NCBI GenBank assembly: GCA_022813865.1
Contig: JALDZX010000027.1
Coordinates: 186,001-250,000, forward strand
Source of the DNA: Xylographa opegraphella
Taxonomy: Eukaryota
DNA length: 64,000 bases
Reading direction: 5' to 3'
The notes below the pieces were generated by a model. The model ran no database searches, was not told the origin of the DNA, and saw nothing but the letters and a program-made list of their open reading frames with translations. This document shows, one piece after another, positions 40,955 to 52,328 of the stretch (positions within the stretch are counted from its first letter, which is position 1; each line of letters begins with the position of its first letter). Position numbers and translations under genes: made by a program.

Positions 40955-41090
40955 TCATCAGCACTGTATGCACGACCGATCATCCACCCGGTTCAGACAA
41001 ACTCGAAGTCGATGGACGCGAGCGCTTCCCGTTCAGGCGAACTGTTTCTTCGTCCTCAGCGGTGGTAAATTGATCTCTTTTCTTGCGGGC
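40955..41090 (-). pseudogene. Possible Myb/SANT-like remnant
   Basis: ARKKRDQFTTAEDEETVRL followed after a frameshift by DRSCIQC**, resembling F/WTxEEDxxL...RSxxQCR; broken by stops. Confidence 0.3.
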
Positions 41091-41938
41091 AGCGACACCA
41101 AGATTCGAATGATGTTGAAGTCTTTGGTCGGCTGGAGGAGAGTCTCCATTGCGAACTGAGAGGCTGGAATCGAATAGATGGGAGACCGTGCGATCCTGGC
41201 TCCCTCGTACCGTGAGGGTTTAGGATGTAATGTACCACGGAAGGGCGAGGGTCTGAGCGCCGGGCGAGGATTAACTATGAGTGAATCGCTGGCTGAGTAG
41301 CGATCCCATGGCAAGTGTTTCGAATGGCATCATCTGCCCCCCCTCTCGAAGCGTTTCCATAGTGTGTAGGAGCCGGCAGGAACTGAACAGGAAGTGGTAT
41401 TTAACGAGGAGAAAATAAGCATCGAACGTCGAATTTTGTGGTCAAGCCTTGGAATATCAGCTGGTAAGTTCCTGCCGGTTTACAGATCTACTATTTTCTT
41501 TAAACGTCCATCGTAGAAGACTTGTAAGGCTCCATTGATAATGTCGAGTACCATACGATACTATTTAGTTAATTCAAGATAACGGGCGTTCTTTGACATT
41601 CAAATTCTCAAACAGGCTGACATTAATCTGTTTGGCAAACTGTACTGGTTCCTCGTTTGACCATATCAAAATGGGCGGAGTCGCGCAGTGTCTCCACTGA
41701 TATAGCAAAAACACGGGTAATTTACCACCCCGGTTAACAAGTCTGGTCCAATATTCCCTTCCTCCTGTTAAAGAGTTAGATCAGGGTTAAAGTTTTCGAT
41801 AACCATCGTCCCCCCAACTAAGAAAGAAAAAACACGAGTTATCAGCCCAGCTTTGTAGAAATTCGCTATAGCATTTGGAAGTATCCCGTGGTGATAGCAC
41901 AAGTGGGACATTCAGTAAACCAAGCGCCAGAATATATA

Positions 41939-42207
41939 TAATCAAATCGTATACCGCGGTGAGGTCTTGTTACCACCGTCAAGCATTTGGGGACGGCATG
42001 GGTACGAAGCCCTTACATGACTCTCTCCCGGTGCCAGGTCTTATTACCACCATCCAGCATTTTGGAACTGCAACAACGCGAAGCCCCTACATGGCTCTCT
42101 CTTGCTGCCAGTCACGCAGGGGTTATATATACCGTAATCAAAGGATTCATATATAGCGTAATCAAATCGTAAACCGCGGTGGGACTTGTTGCCACCATCA
42201 AACATTT
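41939..42207. repeat. Degenerate tandem/direct repeat array (~74-bp period)
   Basis: TAATCAAATCGTAwACCGCGGT..CTTGTTrCCACCrTCAArCATTT at 41939-41988 and 42159-42207; GGTCTTrTTACCACC..CATTT..CGAAGCCCyTACATGrCTCTCTC at ~41963-42030 and ~42037-42105. Confidence 0.75.
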
Positions 42208-42872
42208 AAAACTTCTTCCCAGTGGCAGTAGTCCTAGGAGCTCATTATAAAGGTCGATCAGTGCCTTTTGCTCTTGATTCACATCCCCCCCCCCCGGCCT
42301 CCCGTTATGGCTTTGTGTCCGCACAAGAGGATAGAAAACCAGGACTGCCAACACCTATTCTCGATTCTTTCAGGATACTTCGACGTACCATCTGAGTAGT
42401 TTTTTCCCATTACCGCACTCAGACACCAGCTCCAGCATATCCTTCACACTATTCATCAGCGCTTCATCGTCGGAGAACACCATTTCTCCTACAGTAGAGA
42501 ATTAGAGAATAGAATCCCCCTTCGCCTCGTTCTTCATCACCTAGGCTCGTTTCAGAGTCTCCTTTCTCCTGTCTAGGAGCAAGTCCCAACTCATCATCTA
42601 GAGGGCCTCTCCTCATCACCTGAATCTGCTAAACCGTAGTTCCCATATCTTCTGCCATTCCAGGAAAAGTATCGTTCTCTCTGATGCGATGTTTGTTTCT
42701 ACACCGTAGAACGACAAGTCGCCGCGGTATGGTTTCTTTTGTCATAGAAACTCTGCGCCACGCTTTGGTCATGGCAGCCGTGGTAGTGAACTTCTTGCTG
42801 GCCATTATTTCCCAACGATCTCATTCTGGCGTGTATATCAAATCATGCGTATTTCAACCTATTTCGGCTTCT

Positions 42873-43500
42873 TCATATGTAGTCGACGTAGCATAAGCGG
42901 CGGAATAAAGTCAACGTCGGAATATAATGCCATCGCTGGAGTATCCGCAGAAGATCCAGAATCTGATTCAATCGACTGCGCGATCTTCTTGCTCTTAGAT
43001 CTCGTAGACTGAGGCATGTGTCCTCTAGTTTCGCAACTGCATGGAACTTCGAGGGCAGCGAAAGCACTCCCAGTATGGCCTCTACGTTTCGTATAGTGAA
43101 GTCGACGTGCCTTTTGGCTTTTTTGGAGGGGGGAGGCAGGCCTAGGGACTCGACGGACCTGGCTATCGAAGATTTCCGCAACGGGATTGACGTATCGCGA
43201 TCTAGAATTCTGTTAGCGTTTATGCAAACCTATTTTATACCTGCGCAGGAATTGGACTTATGCTTCGATGCTCTGGATGACCAGTGGCAATTGCTACATC
43301 CCACAAGCTCCCCGGAAGACAACCCAACGCACAGAGAATACGGCCCGGAGGGCTCAATTTCCTTGCCATGCGCGTCCCAGCCACGGCAGTGCAGGCAACT
43401 GCTCCGTTAGTCGAGATGGACAATTCGTATATATGCCGGCGATTGATTAGTAACAAGCCCTGCATGAAAGGCATCTGCTGGGTCGAAGGTTCCGGGCCCG
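42873..43500 (-). pseudogene. Degenerate gene with a DUF3716-like Cys/His domain (copy 1)
   Basis: SCLHCRGWDAHGKEIEPSGPYSLCVGLSSGELVGCSNCHWSS (43397-43275), with an in-frame TAA just upstream. A short GT..CTAAC..TAG intron (~43240-43202) links it in frame to ORF 43181-42873. Confidence 0.5.
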
Positions 43501-44567
43501 GCATCCCGATAATTATTATCGATGATTGACGGTAGCGTTTCATTCCCATTCGACGCCTTGAACGATCCGAACCCTCAACGCTCAGTGCGAGGCGGTTGTT
43601 GTTTTCCATTGCACCTTCGGCACAGCGAGTCATTCTTTCTCCATGGTCGGATGTGACCCTCGATTATATTGATTATCGTAGTGGCCATATGCGTTGATGC
43701 TCGTGTCATACGCCATCGAGATGATGCTGGATCGACCAGACATACGGTGTTGCTTGGTGCAGGAATAACCATCAAGAATAGCCCCAGAGTACGTTACGCA
43801 GCTGGGCGTGACAGCCAGACGATCGGTCTGTTGCAGAGACGGTACCATGCGACGTTTTCCAAGAGCAATTTGCAATCGTTGGAGATCATAGTGCCAGCGC
43901 AGGAGGCCGTTTCACACCGGGATAACAGGCCTACCGTCTGCTCTAGTATAGAGAGACCGGGATGTTTTCACATTGTGATGAACAGTAATATGATATCAAG
44001 GAAATAGATTCGGAGCACCCATTGTTGAATAAAAGCGATTGAAAAGGGGTTCGGTGTATAATCGAAGTATTAGTAACTGAGGTTCATTTTCTGCGGGTAA
44101 TTCAGTCAACTTGTGTTGTTAAATAAAACAAGGAGTCACTTCCGTTGATCCGTGAAGTAAGTTGGGGCTTTTTAAATTGAAGTTTAAACGATCAAGTAGC
44201 CGATGGCTGGGGTTTTTGCCGGAACTTAACCCTCAGCGTAGGATACGCTCAGCCCTGGGTGTGACAGATATGGTTAGCCGTACATCGTCCAACGCTACAT
44301 ACTCGAGCAGAAAATAGGTAGTAAAAGCTCCTAACCACGGGGACGAAGGTTTCTTGAGGATGCTTTATATGCGGTATCGTAGTCGACATTGGCGGTAGTC
44401 CAGAATCAGCCCACGTTTCCAACGCAACCTGAGATGTCTCCCGCATTCCACGTTCCAACAGAACTCGAGCGTCGCCTCGGATTGCATTATCGATTTCTGT
44501 TCTCGCTGGCATGTACCTGCATGCAAAGCCTAGACCGTCCATAGCGACCAACGCTTCTGGAGAAGCA

Positions 44568-44895
44568 CTATATGTCTGTCTCTGATATCGGCTTCCTGGG
44601 GCATGAGCTGTCGAACACAGGTTTCCACAGCGATTGTTCGATGGTCCTGCTACTGATCGACATAACCAGTGAGATTCTGGAGTCCGTGTCGAAGTCGCTA
44701 ACACCAAGTCGAATGTCTCTGTTTGTCCCATCGCAGCTTTGACATCCTCCACATGCCCCGGACGACCAGTGACAGTTGCCGTATTCCAGAATCTCGCGCG
44801 AGGTATGAGCCACGCAAAGGGTGAAAGGGCCAGAAGGATCGATCTCTTTACCGTGCGCGTCTAGCCCACGGCAGTGCGTACTCTGCGCCGATTGC
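44568..44895 (-). pseudogene. Second degenerate DUF3716-like domain copy
   Basis: STHCRGLDAHGKEIDPSGPFTLCVAHTSREILEYGNCHWSS (44880-44761) is clearly paralogous to copy 1 but has lost two cysteines. Confidence 0.5.
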
Positions 44896-46630
44896 ATATA
44901 CACATATGTTTGCAAAGGTATCCGCACTCGATGATACGGAAAGCTTGTCGAACGGAATCGGAGTACAGTCCCCAAACCAGAGACCCAGTCCGGAGAACCA
45001 GCACAAGTCAGATTCTGTACCGAGTCACTGGAGAACAAACGGTAGTCAGCAAAAGAGGGAGCGCCATTGTCCAGCTCGACCAGCTAGGAAACTGAGTCAA
45101 CGAATTGTTCACAGGTTCTGACGTTCAGAAATGCTAGCGTGTGCTGGGTATATACCTTCTCCTTTCTTCGAACGATACTCGATACCCACCACCCTCGCAC
45201 TCCTACACCCCCAAATTCCGTCCAATCCCCACTCCACCAACCAATACCCTTCACCCCCCACCACCTCATCCACAGATCCACGCAGCAGCAGCAGCAGCGC
45301 AACGGTCGTCCTCCGACTCGGAGGCGGTACGTAAGGCGCACGCGCTGCATGGGAGTCTTCCCAGTTCACCCTTGTAAGTATACTTCATCCCATCTTCGTC
45401 CACTCGGTCATAAACGATGGTATATATTGCTCAAGATCGGTGATGTGTGGTGCGAGATAACAACGAGGCCTTTCCAAGTCAGTAGCAGCAGGACATCTCT
45501 CCCCACACTCCCATGCGGATTCTGGCATTCGGCATCCTATCCCACCATCAAGCATTTGCCAGGCTGGTTCACTCCTGTACAGCCAACCATCGACAGGACG
45601 ACCTCCGAACCCTTCTCACCTCCCGCATTCCTTGAAAATCTTCATTGGCAGTTAGACCAGATCAAGGCGAAGGCGGTATCTTCAAGTAACGAGGTCGGCC
45701 CACATAATAAGCAACCACGTAGTCCGCCAATCCGACCAGCCCCCCACCTCCAATGCACTCCTTCCCCCCCCACATCGCGCCCAAACCCTTCCACGACTCC
45801 CTCATCTCCGCCCCTAACAAGCGTTGCAAACGGACGATATCCAGCCGCGCCAAAGCCAGAGCCTGGCATTCTTCTCCACCACAGGACACCCTTCTGAACC
45901 CGATGTCATAACGGTGAAACGTCCACGTGCTTATCTGTGGTGCGAAAGATGATCTGCTATTTCTGGCTTCGTGGCCTACATACCTTACCTAAGCGACGCA
46001 GACCGGGTGCGACCAGTGCAAACAGGGCTGCCGGCCCTGAGCTTCCACGGCCACTCCAGGCCCTGGCGGCAGGCACAAGAGGCTGCGAAGCAGGTGACAA
46101 TATTCCCTTCTGGAAAAAAGTTTCAGATCGAGTCCTCGCATATGTTGGGTTCGCACGATCCGCAGAGCGGGAACGCACATGGCAATGCGTTGGGGGACCA
46201 ACTCGTGGTACTTGGATACCAGTGGAATTTTTGGACGGAATAGATGGTCCTTGGACGACACCGGAGATGGACCCTGCTGCCGAAGTAGCGGAGGACGTTT
46301 TTTAAGAATCATATTTAGAATAGTGAGGTGTATCAGTGTGTTTCATGAATAGACAAAGAAGGGGACGCTGGCGGTAGGGTAGGAGGGGAGGGGGTACGTC
46401 ACACCAGGGCACAGCGGCATAGAAGTCGCTTAGCTTCGGGTTTTCAGAAATGATAGAAAGGACGAGGTAGCGTATCTGGTACTGCAGAAGGTAATATACA
46501 AGACAACCAGGGCGGAGACAACAGATTTATTGATTGAGCTTCACAAGCTGGAAAAGCATGGGTGACTTGAATTGTTTTTGCGCTTGGTAAGACAGGTATG
46601 ATCTTGAGAGCGAACTATATATAGAGGTTT

Positions 46631-46814
46631 GGAATAGATCCCGATGCCACATGCAGAGTTAGTGGGATCACATGTGAAAACAAGAGGATGATCAAGCATG
46701 AACGACGCCCATGATTGAAGATGAACATTCTTCGTGGAATAGATCGCAATGCCATATGTACAGTTAGTGGGATCACACGTGAAATTAGAGGACGATCAGT
46801 CATTAACGAAGCCT
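46631..46814. repeat. Imperfect direct repeat, about 80 bp x2 with 105-bp period
   Basis: GGAATAGATC..ATGCCAyATG..AGTTAGTGGGATCACAyGTGAAA..AGAGGAyGATCA at 46631-46710 and 46736-46814. Confidence 0.85.
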
Positions 46815-49800
46815 ATGCTCGAAGATGGAAAAATTCAAGGAAATCTTTATCATCTCTGATTCGCCTCAAGGCACGCATGAGAAGCAGAGGATAGAACAGT
46901 CTAGAGTAAAAGAGAAGCTTCTTTGGAAGTACACAACGACCTCCCGTAGCCCTACTCGTATGAGATGCTTCCTCAGTTACTGGGTCTGGCAGCAGTAATG
47001 TCCCTAGCATGTCTGTCAAGCGTTAGTCTCCCACAGCACGCAAACAGTCAAAACAAGATAACCAATAAGGCCTGAGAACGTACGATAACTCCAGCGCTGT
47101 AGATACATATAGACTATGAACACGCAGTTCCGCAGCTTCCCGTCTTCCAGATCTGGTCCACATCATCTCTGTTGCTTCAATAGCTATGGCACCAGACAGA
47201 GGCACATGCATACCAACAAACTGATGAGTTGTGATCGGAGACTGCTCGAAAGAAGTGTCGAAAGAGACCTCCAGAGGTATAAAATAACAACACCTAGGCC
47301 GTTAGTGTAATAGAACAGGACCAAGCCTAGAATGTAATACCAGTCTATGTCACCATCGGTGGGAAATGGAGACATCAGAAGAAGCAGTGAGGCGAAAGAA
47401 AGAGGTAAGCAGACTGAGAACGATCATTCTAATAGTGGTCAACTCCACAGCTAACTACACATCCAGAGCGTAAGCAAGCTCATGCGCTTAAGAGCGAGAG
47501 AGTTTACAGTTTAGGCAGCTTCTTCTGAGCAATAGCATTGCAGATCGCAGTAATCAAAGACGGCACGAGCATAGATCGAATAATCTAAGATGAAGACGGC
47601 AAACGGTTGGAAGATAGAGGTGGATGTCGGAAGAGAAGAGAGTGAAGGGTCAAAGAAGACGACAGTGTAGGGGATGGTAAGCGAGGCAGCCGCGGAGCCA
47701 ACCCGCATGAATGATACCAGCACCATTCACCTGGACTCGGCTTGCAACTCGAGTTGCTCAATGGTTGTGAATAGACGAAGCTTGTAACAAAGCAGACATA
47801 TAAAGGAAAAAGAATGGGTGAATAGCCCATTGGTGTGGAGAATATGCGTAGTCTACCCTGGTAGCTACCACAAGACAACGGACAAGACGTCCGGCACTAC
47901 AGAGTAAGGTAGTTTGTCCAGAACTCGCGACACCAAGGCAATCGCAGGTAGGTCCGATATTATCTTCAGCAGTGCCGTAATAGCCAAAGTCTGATGAAAC
48001 CCTCGCGAACGAGTCATACAGTGAGTGACACAACGAAGCCAGTGTGAATGTAATGAATGGGCCATCAGGTGAATAACAGACGGATTCAAGGAGTAGCAGG
48101 CTGATGAAGTCCTCGTCAGGAACTCCTTGATACGTCCGTTTCATTGAAGGTTATGAAGCTGCGGATAACAAATACCCAGAGTCAACAAGATCCAAAGGCG
48201 TCCTGTAAGGACCGTACCGGCGACTTGCAAGACAGCTGACGAGAAGGTGAACCGAGTCACTCGCAGAGACTCATCACTAGAAGACATCACGAATCGGAGA
48301 TACTGCGTCAGCTGACAGCGAACCTTCGCCAGTGACAATGGCTGCATTGACAAGAACCTTTGGATGTGGACAAGGAAAGTGGAAGCGGAGGTCCCAAAGT
48401 GTCAAAGCATGTGTGGAGCTGGACCAAACACGACCCCTCGGGCCCAGCATGCATGGCTGGGGTCTCGACCATTCGGGCGGGTGCCACCGTGCCATGCAAT
48501 CCCGGAACCTTCCCTAACCCCCAAGCGACGTTGCACCTCGTCTGGACAAGTCGGTCAAGTCGTGGTCTGTATGCGCTCCAGAGAGTTGCAGCGCTTCCAA
48601 TTTGATAAGATATTAATTATTTAGGAATCGCCGAACGGGAAGAGGCATGGCGATGTGGCCCAACGGAGCTGAGTTTCCTGCACGCAGCCGAAGCGGGCAT
48701 CTCTCATAGGAAGTCGTGCTGACCGCCTCGGGATGGGGCCATGATCCCATCCACGGCTTTGTGGCCGCTGGCAGAGCCTCAAGGGCCTGCTTGAGCCTCG
48801 AGGACACGGGCGATAGTCTTGCTTGCCCGCCTGTCGGAAGGGACAGCGCACTTGTTTTCTGGTGGTGCGCTGCCATCATTGCTATGATTGGTGACTTGTT
48901 GTCTCGCCGAGTCAGCGGATGGGGATTCAACGGTCGCAGATCTGCGTGTATATTACGCAATCCCCGATTCGCGCAAAGCTTGTGAGAAAGTGGCCGCGCT
49001 GTGAGCTATCGTCTACGCAGCTGCAGAAACTGCCCTGACAACTACGTGAAATGGTTGTTCGGGTCAGGAGTCTCGATCACGCTGTTATGGAGCATTCACC
49101 CTTGCTCCAGCCTTTCCAACCTCGTCCATGTGCCTTCCCGATAGAACAGAGGGTTTCCGTCCCGATGGAGGCCCCCCCTTCGGAACATGAATGCACGATT
49201 CACTCCAAAGCTGTCGACGCCATCCACATGGATGCTGTGCCGTGTTCCTGGGTCCCGATCGTGCGCCCTGCATCATGCGCATCTGCCCGTGTGCTCGAGG
49301 TTCTTGTGAGTTTTATGTATGTGCGTACGGGGAAAGTATATCTTCCGATTCCCGACAAATTCCAATATGCCGCATAATATTGCATTAGGGCGCTGCGGTA
49401 GGGTCCAAAAATAGGAACGATCAGCTTCCACCTCTCGCAGTGCTTCCGTTCATATGCGCAGCCTCGCCCCCGACAATCTTCCGCTTACATGGCAGAGCAT
49501 GCTCTGGCGGACCGCCACCAAGCACAACGAAAGCCCTGCACGAGGCAGGCTTGTCTGCATGTCCGAACCGGCGAGACCGTGCTGGCGGAACATGAAGCAT
49601 GGCGTATCAACACTCAAGACACAGCGGACGAGCAATGAAGCTCTGGTTGTGGTCGCTCATGCTCATTCTTCACCATTCCACCTCATTCCTCGAAAGCGCA
49701 ACAGCGTTGGTGGTCTTGGGAGAAAGGGCCGGCTGATGAGTTCGACGGTCGCGTAGCTGGTGGACTGGATGCAGTCCATCGAACATCACATCTCAGAATG

Positions 49801-52328
49801 AAACACCGAGTGCTCTGAGGCCAACTCTGATGTGCGCTCACTGTCGGACGGCGCTGGCGTCACGAGAGGGAGACTGGAGTCTCGGCCGTGAGTGGAACCG
49901 ATATTGTCCTCCGTAGTCTTCATCCAATTGTTCTCTCCGACCGGTGATGTTTTCTCTTTCCTCCGGTCCTGCATCCGATCATGCCTGCGCAGTTGTGCAA
50001 CGTCGCAAGCCTGATCCTGGCGATGGGCGGTACATATCCTCCATGTCGGAACGGACACGACGAGTCTAATGCTCACTGCAGCGACGATCCGAAAAGGACT
50101 GGTGCGGCAAGATATTAGGACGATAATGAGAGTATTGGCATTCGATTTCCGTGGCGGACTGATGAAAAGCTGAACAGCATTTTCGTGCTGGGAGTGAGTC
50201 AAGGGATGGTCACGCCACGCGGCACATCCCGGCCCTGCAAGGTCCCACGAGGGAACTCCTGATCGTGGACGGGCTTGACGACATGCAGCTTTCTCTGAAC
50301 ACGCGTGCCAACTCTCGAGTCTTTTCAGATGTGCGGCATCAAGCACACTAGGATCACCAATCAGCTATCCAACGGAAGCTATCTTGGGATGGCAAGGAAG
50401 GATTGGAACCCTGACGAAATCCCCTTGCTCAGTGGCCTCCTCGGCTTGCTCGCCGTATCCTGATGGCTGCAGGGGCATTCTGTATACGAAACCACCATGT
50501 CGTCCTCTGTCAGTTGTAAGCTCGTGTCGTGCTGTGCAGACAAGCAGGACGAGCAATAATGCTGGTATTCAGGTGGAAGCGACTGGCCGACACGAGACCA
50601 TTTCCGTACCTTACCGTACGGAATACACGTTAGCACGCACCCTTAACGCACCAAGTAAGATCAATGAGAGCCTTGGCGCTCTGCACCAATGAGCATCGAC
50701 CAAGGCTAGGATTAGACTACGGCCCTAGTGCTTAGCGCCATCTCATCTCTTTTCTGCCCCTGTCTCGGCAGAAGCTTCTCCTATCCGAGCACTGACGACC
50801 ATCGCCAAGGAGAACATTGTCCACATGCAACGAACCTGACGCGATGGCGCGCCCTTGCTCTCCATGCCCCACCGCCAAGAGTGGCCAATATCTTCGCGCC
50901 AACGCAAGCGTTTCTGTTGAGGATGTGTCCGCGCGACGGCCCCCCAGACTATCCCCGCCGGCTTCCCCCAATCCTCGCCGGGCCCTCACCCGGACGCGAA
51001 CGCTACCACAGTAAGTGAGGCAGACCCTGTTGGCCCAATAGTGCTTGCAGGATTGCTCCGGTAAAAGAATGGTGGTAACGGGAGTGATGGGTAGGAGTTC
51101 AACACACGACCTCCTGGAGACAAAGTACACATCTTCTGCTCCCAAACGCTCTCTGCCGACAAAACGTTTTGCTGCGGAGGCGAAGCGCTAGCCCTCGAGG
51201 CCAAGCTACTAGTAAGAGAGCTAGTTGACGAGCTACTGGAAGTCGCTTCGGGCAAATGTGCTTTACCCGGCAGTCCCTGAAGCCTAAGCCTATTCGAGTG
51301 TAATGGAAAAGCGCTGGCTAAGCGTTAGGGCGCCCCCATAATTGACTTCGACGTACGGAGTAAGGTAATTAAGCATGGTTTCACTGGACTTACCACTTAC
51401 TCACTAGAACAGCGCCTCGACTGGGGAGACTGGGCCCCACGATAATGCCATGTCGCCGAGGGAAAAGAGTCGTCAGCCTGTCAGGAAGATGCAGGCCTCC
51501 CTCTGGCCAAAACTGGACAACGGAATCATGGGCGGTGGCCGGATAGCCGCATCGAGGGTTGTCCGCGCCGGGCCTTCAGCATGTCCGTCGTCTAAACCCG
51601 TGGAATCCGGATACTGGTAATTGGAAAGCGCTGGCCGTCCAAGGTCGGCCCTGGATCTAGGGCTCTAGTGCTACCTAGTCTTCGACCTTCCTACGCCCTA
51701 GACGCCTACTGTGCAGGAGCTTGACATATCGGTAGTCCACAATCAGTGTACCCTGACCTGATCCATGGGCCTTGTCCCTCCCCAGTCCGTGGTCGTTTTT
51801 GGAACACTAATGTGGATCACTGGCGCTCACGCCCAGCCCTTGTTTCGGGAAGAAGAGACATGCACTGATCACTTCCGGTTTCTGGCCGGGTGGAGGACTG
51901 ATGGGCTCATGTCGTGGCTGGCCGGTCTGGCTCCCAATTCAGTGATCTTGCCTTGCAACTCTTCTCTTCGAGATTCTCTCACCCGACAATTCCGCTTTGG
52001 GGTACACACTCGGAGCGTCTGGGGGTGAAAGATCGGAGCCACAGGATACCTGTTCCTTCACCACTGTCCGTGGCTTCAAAGCCCGCCTGTCCCCACCCGG
52101 ATTCGATGTAGAGTCTCCGTCTCGAACAAACGACAGCTCTCCAGCTTTCATACCGTCATTCGCTATTGTCGATTCACACCGCACTCGTTTACAGTGTCGT
52201 CCTTTCTGTCCGAATATTCTTGATAGCATTCCTCGTCCATCCGGTCCATGGTCGATCAAGTCTCAACTGTTCCTTTCTAAGTTGAAGCCCGTTCAGAGGC
52301 AAGGCCCGAGCTTGTTCGCACCGCTACC

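Noticed and set aside
45139..46305. 252-aa Pro-rich ORF and following 122-aa ORF as an orphan gene
   Set aside because: No recognisable motif, non-ATG starts and C-rich low complexity; a GTAAGT donor at ~45374 keeps a spliced orphan possible but unsupported.
41939..46814. Repeat arrays as CRISPR-like arrays
   Set aside because: Eukaryotic context, degenerate units, no constant repeat/unique spacer pattern and no cas genes.
48512..48520. CCCTAACCC as a telomerase RNA template in the gene-poor interval
   Set aside because: A 9-nt match in any permutation is expected by chance in 64 kb, and I could not identify a pseudoknot or CR4/5 element.
50602..50623. TTCCGTAC/GTACGGAA hairpin
   Set aside because: An isolated 8-bp stem is at chance level and has no supporting context.
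50986..51255. Ser/Thr-rich minus-strand ORF upstream of the GT2
   Set aside because: No ATG, signal peptide or domain; it cannot be told apart from background.
39700..52300. Intact Starship or other giant transposon
   Set aside because: No tyrosine-recombinase captain or transposase ORF and no definable boundaries are visible.
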